Shown piece after piece: positions 25,948 through 32,000 of a stretch of 32,000 nucleotides of DNA. Position numbers and translations under genes: made by a program. Origin of the DNA: Gottschalkia acidurici 9a (GTDB lineage Bacteria > Bacillota > Clostridia > Tissierellales > Gottschalkiaceae); contig NC_018664.1 of assembly GCF_000299355.1 (NCBI RefSeq), forward strand, positions 1,440,380 through 1,472,379, in the 5' to 3' direction. The notes beneath the pieces were generated by a model. It did no database searches, was not told where the DNA came from, and saw nothing but the letters and a program-made list of their open reading frames with translations. The stretch's first letter is position 1; each line of letters opens with the position of its first letter.

Positions 25948-26367
25948 ATGGGATTAAAAAATAGGGGGATGACCTTAATAGAGGTAATAGTAGTTATATC
26001 AATATTAGCAATAATAACTTCTATAGTTACTCCTAAAAATAATATAAGAACTTATAGACTAAAGTCCTATGCTAGAACAATGACTAATGATATAAGAATG
26101 GTAAGGTATTTAAGAATGACAGAAGGGGAATACTATAGCATCTTATTGCAAGAACACTATTATGTAATTTTAAATGGCACTAAATATATAAAAAAAGTTG
26201 AATTTGGGAAAGATATAAGAATAAGTGATAACCTAGGCAGGGTTATAAGATTTACTTATGCAGGAGTACCTATGGGGGCTGGAAGTATTTTTATACAAGA
26301 TTTAAAAACTAAAGAATACTATGATATAACTATAGTCCCAGCTACAGGCAGAGTATTGCTTAGATGA
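25948..26367 (+). CDS. Prepilin-type N-terminal domain protein (GspH/FimT-like minor pilin)
   Basis: MGLKNRG/MTLIEVIVVISILAIITSIV. The C-terminal ..ITIVPATGRVLLR is typical of GspH/FimT-type proteins. Confidence 0.75.
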   Translation: MGLKNRGMTLIEVIVVISILAIITSIVTPKNNIRTYRLKSYARTMTNDIRMVRYLRMTEGEYYSILLQEHYYVILNGTKYIKKVEFGKDIRISDNLGRVIRFTYAGVPMGAGSIFIQDLKTKEYYDITIVPATGRVLLR

Positions 26368-26508
26368 TAATGTGAATATTTAAGTAGAATATTATTATTC
26401 TATTCAAATAAATAAAATTATGATATTATATTATGGTGTATTTGGCTATTTGAAATACTTAAACAAATAAAACATTAAGAAAATATAATCAATGTAGGAG
26501 GTTCAAAT

Positions 26509-27066
26509 ATGATTTCAGCAGGCGATTTTAGAAAAGGTCAAACATTTGAAATGGATGGAGATGTTTATCAAGTTATAGATTTTCAACATGTTAAACCTGG
26601 TAAAGGAGCAGCTTTTGTAAGAACTAAAATAAGAGATATAATGCACGGTGGGACAAAAGAAGTTTCTTTTAACCCGAGTGATAGATATCCAAAAGCTCAC
26701 ATAGAGACTAAAGAAATGCAGTACTTATATACTGACGGAGAATTATATCACTTTATGGATACAGAGACTTATGAACAAATGCCACTTGAGCATCAGCAAG
26801 TAGAAGATGCTATTAGATATATTAGAGAAAATGACAATGTTGTAATTAGATTCTATAAAGGCAAAGCTTTTGATGTTCAAGCTCCAAACTTTGTAGAGTT
26901 AGAAGTAACTCATACAGAACCAGGAATAAAGGGAGATACAGCTACAGGAGCTACAAAGCCAGCTACAGTTGAAACTGGTGCTATCATACAAGTACCATTA
27001 TTTGTAAACATAGGAGATGTAATAAAAATAGATACAAGAACTGATGATTATTTATCTAGAGTTTAG
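26509..27066 (+). CDS. efp: Translation elongation factor P
   Basis: 185 aa with an [49 protein letters not shown]. Confidence 0.95.
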   Translation: MISAGDFRKGQTFEMDGDVYQVIDFQHVKPGKGAAFVRTKIRDIMHGGTKEVSFNPSDRYPKAHIETKEMQYLYTDGELYHFMDTETYEQMPLEHQQVEDAIRYIRENDNVVIRFYKGKAFDVQAPNFVELEVTHTEPGIKGDTATGATKPATVETGAIIQVPLFVNIGDVIKIDTRTDDYLSRV

Positions 27067-27111
27067 TTAATACTACAAATTGTATAAACTAAACTCTGGA
27101 GGTGAATCAAA

Positions 27112-27390
27112 ATGGAATATTTATATGAAAAAGTATCTTATCTTAGGGGATTAGCTGAGGGTCTTGATATAGAAGAAGATAGCAATGAGGGTAAACTACT
27201 ATTACATATAATAGATACTCTTGAAGACTTTGCAGATGCCATAGTAGACTTAGGTGTTGCTCAAGAGGAAATAAGTGAATATGTAGAAGCTATAGATGAA
27301 GATCTATCAGATGTAGAAGATGAGATATATTTTGATTACGATGATGAGTGTCAAAATTGTGAGGAAGAATTTGTATTTGAAGAAGATTAA
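27112..27390 (+). CDS. Small acidic hypothetical protein
   Basis: 92 aa, highly acidic, with a GGAGGTG RBS and a C-terminal CQNCEE. Sits at the conserved position between efp and spoIIIA. Confidence 0.65.
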   Translation: MEYLYEKVSYLRGLAEGLDIEEDSNEGKLLLHIIDTLEDFADAIVDLGVAQEEISEYVEAIDEDLSDVEDEIYFDYDDECQNCEEEFVFEED

Positions 27391-27396
27391 TTTAGG

Positions 27397-27429
27397 AAAA
27401 AGAGACTAGTATATACTAGTCTCTTTTTT
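27397..27429 (+). terminator. Intrinsic terminator
   Basis: Perfect palindrome aaaaagagactagtat/atactagtctcttttt with a T-run. Confidence 0.85.
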
Positions 27430-27454
27430 ATTTTTATAAAATTTTAAAATATAG

Positions 27455-27482
27455 TCATATTTAAATGAGCTTGTCATATCTA
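27455..27482 (+). promoter_or_regulatory. Candidate sigma-E-type promoter of the spoIIIA operon
   Basis: TCATATT-N13-CATATCTA lies about 60 nt upstream of spoIIIAA. spoIIIA is sigma-E dependent in B. subtilis. Confidence 0.45.
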
Positions 27483-27541
27483 TATATAAAGACAAGTTTA
27501 AAGTAAAAATAAAACTTTAGGACAAGAAGGAGGGAAGTTGA

Positions 27542-28522
27542 ATGAAGCAATCAATAGAATTTCACAATATACTACAATACATTGATCAAAATTTAAAAGA
27601 AATATTAATAAATATAGATAAAAATATAGCTAAAAATATAGAAGAAATTAGACTAAGAATGGGAAAGCCATTAATGATATATTCAAATGGAGTAAATTAT
27701 TACATAGATAAAAAAGGAACTTTATATTCTACACCAATAAACTTACAAAAAAGTTACTTAGTAACTCCTGAAAATATATATAAAACCTTTCAAATAGTAA
27801 GTAATTATTCAGTTTATTCTATACAAGAAGAATTGAAGCAAGGATTTATAACTATAAAGGGTGGACATAGGATAGGGTTAGTAGGTAGAGGAGTCTACAA
27901 TAGAGATAAGCTAGAAAATATAAAAGATATATCATCAATAAATATTCGTATAGCAAGAGAAGTAATGGGAGCATCTAATCACATTATAAAATATGTGATA
28001 AAAAATTCTCATAGTATATATAACACACTAATAATATCTCCACCTAAGTGTGGGAAAACAACTATATTAAGAGATTTAATTAGAAATATAAGTAATGGTA
28101 TAAATAGTTACAACTTTGAAGGGCTAAAAGTAGGAGTAGTAGATGAACGTTCAGAATTAGCAGGAACATATAATGGACAACCACAAAATGACTTAGGATA
28201 CAGGACAGATATATTAGACGGATGCTATAAGCATGATGGAATAATGATATTATTGAGAGCAATGTCTCCAGACGTAATAGCTACAGATGAATTAGGTCAT
28301 CCAAATGACATTAAAGCAATATATGAGGCTATGAAAGGTGGAGTACAGATAATTTCAACAGTTCATGGAGCGAACTTAGATGATGTAAAAAATAAACCTA
28401 ATATAAAAGATATAGTAGAAGAAAAAGTATTTAAGCGAATAGTAGTATTAGACAATTCAAAAGGTGTAGGAACTATAAGTGACATAATAGATGGAGAAAC
28501 TTTTAAATCTATAACTCATTAA
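27542..28522 (+). CDS. spoIIIAA: Stage III sporulation protein AA (ATPase)
   Basis: 326 aa. Walker A (SPPKCGKTT), Walker B (VIATDEL) and the typical N-terminal domain. First gene of a colinear AA-AG set. Confidence 0.9.
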   Translation: MKQSIEFHNILQYIDQNLKEILINIDKNIAKNIEEIRLRMGKPLMIYSNGVNYYIDKKGTLYSTPINLQKSYLVTPENIYKTFQIVSNYSVYSIQEELKQGFITIKGGHRIGLVGRGVYNRDKLENIKDISSINIRIAREVMGASNHIIKYVIKNSHSIYNTLIISPPKCGKTTILRDLIRNISNGINSYNFEGLKVGVVDERSELAGTYNGQPQNDLGYRTDILDGCYKHDGIMILLRAMSPDVIATDELGHPNDIKAIYEAMKGGVQIISTVHGANLDDVKNKPNIKDIVEEKVFKRIVVLDNSKGVGTISDIIDGETFKSITH

Positions 28523-28552
28523 CATTAAGATTAAAGAGAGGTGGAAACTTAT

Positions 28553-29077
28553 ATGTTTACGGTAAAAATATTAGGGTGCTTATTTGTAATTATATCTTCG
28601 ACTATGATAGGTATGGAATATAGTAAAAAATATACTGAAAGATTAAACAACTTAGTGTATGTTCAAAATTGCATACAATTATTAGAAACAGAAATAGTTT
28701 ATTCTTGCAATCCGTTGCCAAATGCACTGGAAAATGTATATAACAAAGGGAACAAGAAAGTATCATTTTTATTTGAAGAAATAAGAAAATATCTTTTAGA
28801 AAACAAAGATAAAACTTTATTTGAAAGTTTTGAATATAGTTTATCTAAGTTTAAAGATAAACTATATTTAGAGGATGAGGATACTGAAATAATATTATCT
28901 TTGGGAAGAGTACTTGGAGTATCAGATAGATTAGATCAAGAGAAGCATTTTAAAACAATATTAGTAAATCTAGAGATGAATCATAAAGATGCCAATGAGA
29001 AGAAAAGCAAGAATGCAAAAATGTATAAGAGCCTAGGTGTACTTTTTGGATTTGCTCTAGTACTTATCTTATATTAG
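28553..29077 (+). CDS. spoIIIAB: Stage III sporulation protein AB
   Basis: GAGAGGTGG RBS upstream of ATG 28553. N- and C-terminal TM segments, correct size and operon position. Confidence 0.85.
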   Translation: MFTVKILGCLFVIISSTMIGMEYSKKYTERLNNLVYVQNCIQLLETEIVYSCNPLPNALENVYNKGNKKVSFLFEEIRKYLLENKDKTLFESFEYSLSKFKDKLYLEDEDTEIILSLGRVLGVSDRLDQEKHFKTILVNLEMNHKDANEKKSKNAKMYKSLGVLFGFALVLILY

Positions 29078-29090
29078 GAGGAGATCTATT

Positions 29091-29285
29091 ATGAATGTAG
29101 ATTTAATTTTTAAAATAGCAGGAATAGGTATAATAGTTGGAATACTTCATACAGTTTTAGATAAAATGGGTAAACAAGAGTATGCCTATATAGCTACACT
29201 AGCTGGAGTGGTTATAGTACTTACTATGGTTATAGATTTAATAGGAAAACTTTTTGACGATGTAAAAGTAATCTTTGGACTCTGA
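29091..29285 (+). CDS. spoIIIAC: Stage III sporulation protein AC
   Basis: 64 aa, 2 TM. IFKIAGIGIIVGILHTVL pattern. Correct operon position. Confidence 0.88.
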   Translation: MNVDLIFKIAGIGIIVGILHTVLDKMGKQEYAYIATLAGVVIVLTMVIDLIGKLFDDVKVIFGL

Positions 29286-29299
29286 GAGGGAGGAAGATT

Positions 29300-29686
29300 A
29301 TGGATATAGTCAAAATAGTAGGCATTGGAATAATAGCTACTACATTGTCAGTAATACTAAAACAACAAAAATCAGAGTTTGCAGTACAAATTAGTATAGT
29401 TACAGGATTAATTATATTCTCATTTATATTAAGTCAACTAGAATATGTTATTGATACTTTAGATAGTTTAGCAAAAAGAGTAGAACTAGATTCTCTATAC
29501 TTTTCTACTGTTTTAAAAGTAGTTGGCATATCGTATATAGGAGAGTTTGGAGCACAAATATCTAGAGATGCTGGAGAGGGTGCTATAGCATCAAAAATAG
29601 AATTAGGTGCTAAAGTTATAATAATGACTATGTCAGTTCCTATATTAATGTCACTATTAGATTTAATAATTAAAATTATACCTTAA
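29300..29686 (+). CDS. spoIIIAD: Stage III sporulation protein AD
   Basis: 128 aa, 4 TM. IVKIVGIGIIATTLSVILKQ..EFA pattern. Correct operon position. Confidence 0.88.
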   Translation: MDIVKIVGIGIIATTLSVILKQQKSEFAVQISIVTGLIIFSFILSQLEYVIDTLDSLAKRVELDSLYFSTVLKVVGISYIGEFGAQISRDAGEGAIASKIELGAKVIIMTMSVPILMSLLDLIIKIIP

Positions 29687-29701
29687 GGTTAGGTGTTTAA
29701 T

Positions 29702-30886
29702 ATGCTAAAGAAAATGACCATGATAACAGTTATTACATTATCAATATTATTAAGTTTAACAGGTATAGTACACTCGGAAGATGAGGATGGAATATTAGAT
29801 AGTTTAGTAAAGAATCAAATAGAAAATTTAAATATAGATGAACTTGAAAAAGTGATAGAAGAAATAAATAAAAATACTAGCGAATTTTTACCCAAAATGA
29901 ATTTAAAAGAGGACATACTATCAATGGTTAAAGGCGAAGACAGTATGGATATTAAATTATTAACGAAAGGTCTTCTGAAATATTTATTTAAAGAAATTGT
30001 CTTGAACTGGGGCATTTTAACCAAAGTGTTATTTTTAAGCATAATATGTTCTATATTAACCAATATGCAGGGAGCATTTGAAGGCAAAACTATAGGAGAG
30101 TTATCGTTTTATGTATGCTACTTAATACTGGTAGCAATGTCTATAAATAGTCTTATGGTAATAATAAAAGTGGCTAATGAAGCAATAGGAAGTATGGTTT
30201 TTCTGATGCAAGCTTTATTGCCAATACTTATAACATTGTTGTTAGCTATAGGAGGTATTACATCATCATCATTATTTCAACCAATAATATTAGGATCTAT
30301 AAGTGTAGTAAGTACACTAATGAAAGATGTTATATTACCTCTAATAATATTAAGTACAATAATAGGTGTAATCAGCAATATATCAAGTAAAGTTCAAATA
30401 ACAAAATTATCAGGATTCTTAAGACGGTCAATATTATACGTTATAGGAATAAGTATAACTTTATTTATGGGTGTTATGTCTATAAGAGGAGCAGTAGGAT
30501 CTAAGCTAGATGGACTAACTATAAGGACGGCAAAATTTGCAGTAGACAAATTTGTACCAGTAGTCGGAAGATTTCTATCCGATACTATGGAAACCGTAGT
30601 AGGATGTTCTATGCTTATAAAAAATGCAGTAGGTATATTTGGATTAATAGCTCTATTTATAATAACTATAGTACCAATAATTAAAATAATATCACTAATC
30701 TTAATATACAAATTTACTATAGTAATTATAGAGCCAATAGCTAACGAAAGGATAGTAAATTGTTTGACAGATATAAGTAAATCTTTAACTTTGGTATTAG
30801 CAACAGTGGCTATAGTAGGTGTACTATTTTTTATGGCTGTAACTATAGTCATAGGAGCGGGTAATGCCACAGTGATGCTTAGGTAG
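29702..30886 (+). CDS. spoIIIAE: Stage III sporulation protein AE
   Basis: About 394 aa. Signal peptide plus polytopic membrane domain. Correct operon position. Confidence 0.88.
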   Translation: MLKKMTMITVITLSILLSLTGIVHSEDEDGILDSLVKNQIENLNIDELEKVIEEINKNTSEFLPKMNLKEDILSMVKGEDSMDIKLLTKGLLKYLFKEIVLNWGILTKVLFLSIICSILTNMQGAFEGKTIGELSFYVCYLILVAMSINSLMVIIKVANEAIGSMVFLMQALLPILITLLLAIGGITSSSLFQPIILGSISVVSTLMKDVILPLIILSTIIGVISNISSKVQITKLSGFLRRSILYVIGISITLFMGVMSIRGAVGSKLDGLTIRTAKFAVDKFVPVVGRFLSDTMETVVGCSMLIKNAVGIFGLIALFIITIVPIIKIISLILIYKFTIVIIEPIANERIVNCLTDISKSLTLVLATVAIVGVLFFMAVTIVIGAGNATVMLR

Positions 30887-30896
30887 GTGAAAAAAT

Positions 30897-31577
30897 ATGG
30901 TCGAATTTCTAAAAGGATGGATGACTAACTTAGTTACATTTATAGTAATAATAACTTTTTTAGAAATGATACTTCCGAATGGCAATATGAGACGATTTGT
31001 AAATATGATAATAGGAATACTTTTAATATTAGTTATAATAAATCCATTCATAAGTTTACTTAAAAGCAACATAGATATAGAGAAAGAAGTATTCATGAAC
31101 ATATCTGAGCAAAACACATATAAACCAAAGGAAGATAAAGAATTTAAAAATATACAAGATAAACAAATTGTCGACATGTATAAAAATCAGATAGAAAAAG
31201 AAGTAAGAAATAGCTTAATAAACAAAACACAATATGTTTTAGAAAAAATTCATATTGAAATTGAGGAAAACAATGATAGCAAAGAGTATGGAAGCATAAA
31301 AAAGATAGAGTTAATAATTAATGAAAACAAAGAAATTAAAGAAAAAGAAAATAGTAAAAATATACAGATTAAAGATATTGAAATAGATGTTAAAACAAAA
31401 GATATAGTGAAAGATAACGAAAGATTAAATAATGAAGAATTAAATAATAAACATACACAGGATATAGATAAGATAACTATACATATATCCGAGCAATTAC
31501 AACTAGACAAAGATAAAATATTTATTATCTTAAAAAACAAAGGAGTAGGAGGGGAAGAAAGTGTTAGAGAAGATTAA
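30897..31577 (+). CDS. spoIIIAF: Stage III sporulation protein AF
   Basis: N-terminus FLKGWMTNLVTFIVIITFLEMILPNGNMRRFVNMIIGILLILVIINP is the SpoIIIAF signature. Has a longer, Lys/Glu-rich C-terminal half. Confidence 0.85.
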   Translation: MVEFLKGWMTNLVTFIVIITFLEMILPNGNMRRFVNMIIGILLILVIINPFISLLKSNIDIEKEVFMNISEQNTYKPKEDKEFKNIQDKQIVDMYKNQIEKEVRNSLINKTQYVLEKIHIEIEENNDSKEYGSIKKIELIINENKEIKEKENSKNIQIKDIEIDVKTKDIVKDNERLNNEELNNKHTQDIDKITIHISEQLQLDKDKIFIILKNKGVGGEESVRED

Positions 31578-32000
31578 AGACAAAATAAAAGAGTTCATGA
31601 ATAAAGATAACTCTAAAAAATTTATAACTAACTTAACTATAGCTATATGCATAGGTATAGGCTTAATAATATTAAGTGATACTCTTTTACCCAATAAAGA
31701 AACAGTATCTAAAAGCACACATGATTTAGACTATGTAGAAGAAGATCAAGAAAATAAAATAAAAAAAAATTTAATAGAAGACTACTCAGATAATATGGAG
31801 TTTAAGCTTAAAGAGATATTAAGTGAAATAAAAGGTGTTGGAGAAGTTAAAATTATGATAAATCTGGAAGATACAGCAGAAATAGTACCAGCATTTAATA
31901 CTACTACAGTAAATGAACAAACAAATGAGAATGATGCACAAGGAGGTGTGAGAACTGTTTCGAGAGACGATTCAAAGCAAGAAGTTGTAACATCTAAAGG
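31561..32000 (+). CDS. spoIIIAG: Stage III sporulation protein AG (3' end outside window)
   Basis: GGAGGGG RBS plus GTG 31561. Open to the window end. TM segment (ITNLTIAICIGIGLIIL), then ..FKLKEILSEIKGVGEVKIMINLED.., the typical SpoIIIAG ring-domain start. Not in the ORF track because it has no stop. Confidence 0.8.
   Translation, partial: MLEKIKDKIKEFMNKDNSKKFITNLTIAICIGIGLIILSDTLLPNKETVSKSTHDLDYVEEDQENKIKKNLIEDYSDNMEFKLKEILSEIKGVGEVKIMINLEDTAEIVPAFNTTTVNEQTNENDAQGGVRTVSRDDSKQEVVTSK

Noticed and set aside
140-31718. Antisense 'shadow' ORFs in the track: 140-334, 3267-3614, 4535-4729, 7177-7407, 7734-7973, 9397-9651, 11645-11854, 14418-14717, 16094-16336, 16460-16672, 17358-17558, 17803-18123, 19244-19441, 19254-19499, 21758-22195, 23544-24014, 26515-26700, 28080-28262, 29815-30087, 30394-31177, 31250-31718
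   Set aside because: Each lies opposite a well-supported gene or inside broken or non-coding DNA. They lack RBSs and encode low-complexity Ile/Leu/Phe/Ser-rich strings, as expected from stop-poor antisense frames in AT-rich DNA.

Overview
AT-rich chromosome segment from an endospore-forming Firmicute; gene content and order look Clostridia/Peptostreptococcaceae-like. The left arm (1-9200) is a conserved housekeeping block syntenic with the B. subtilis yrr region: ruvX, DUF1292, a Fur-family regulator, RNase J, queT, mltG, a YrrM-type O-methyltransferase, a U32 peptidase and a class B PBP. The main feature is a split sigK gene. Its 5' segment (9278-9619) and 3' segment (21178-21549) are separated by an 11,558-bp skin-like intervening element. 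The element is bounded by an 11-bp direct repeat (GTATTGATAAT) and carries a 546-aa large serine recombinase (SpoIVCA-like). Joining the two segments at the repeat gives an uninterrupted 237-aa pro-sigma-K. The element is heavily decayed, with XRE-type and replication-type remnants, a broken oxalate decarboxylase gene and broken membrane-protein genes. It still holds a small set of intact genes that look like spore coat or mother-cell cargo: a Coat_F pair, a DUF1259 protein with a Tyr-rich tail, and a YmaF-like protein with a Cys/His repeat. Several of these are preceded by sigma-K-type promoter matches. The element also contains a repeated about 240-bp leader/promoter module in front of small membrane-protein genes. 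The right arm (21.5-32 kb) holds a YhcN/YlaJ-type sporulation lipoprotein, a SOD-like protein with a Tyr-rich tail, aroE, four minor-pilin-like genes (one frameshifted in an A7 tract), efp, and spoIIIAA-AG (AG runs off the window). mltG carries an in-frame amber codon. I found no rRNA, tRNA, CRISPR array or recognisable defence system.
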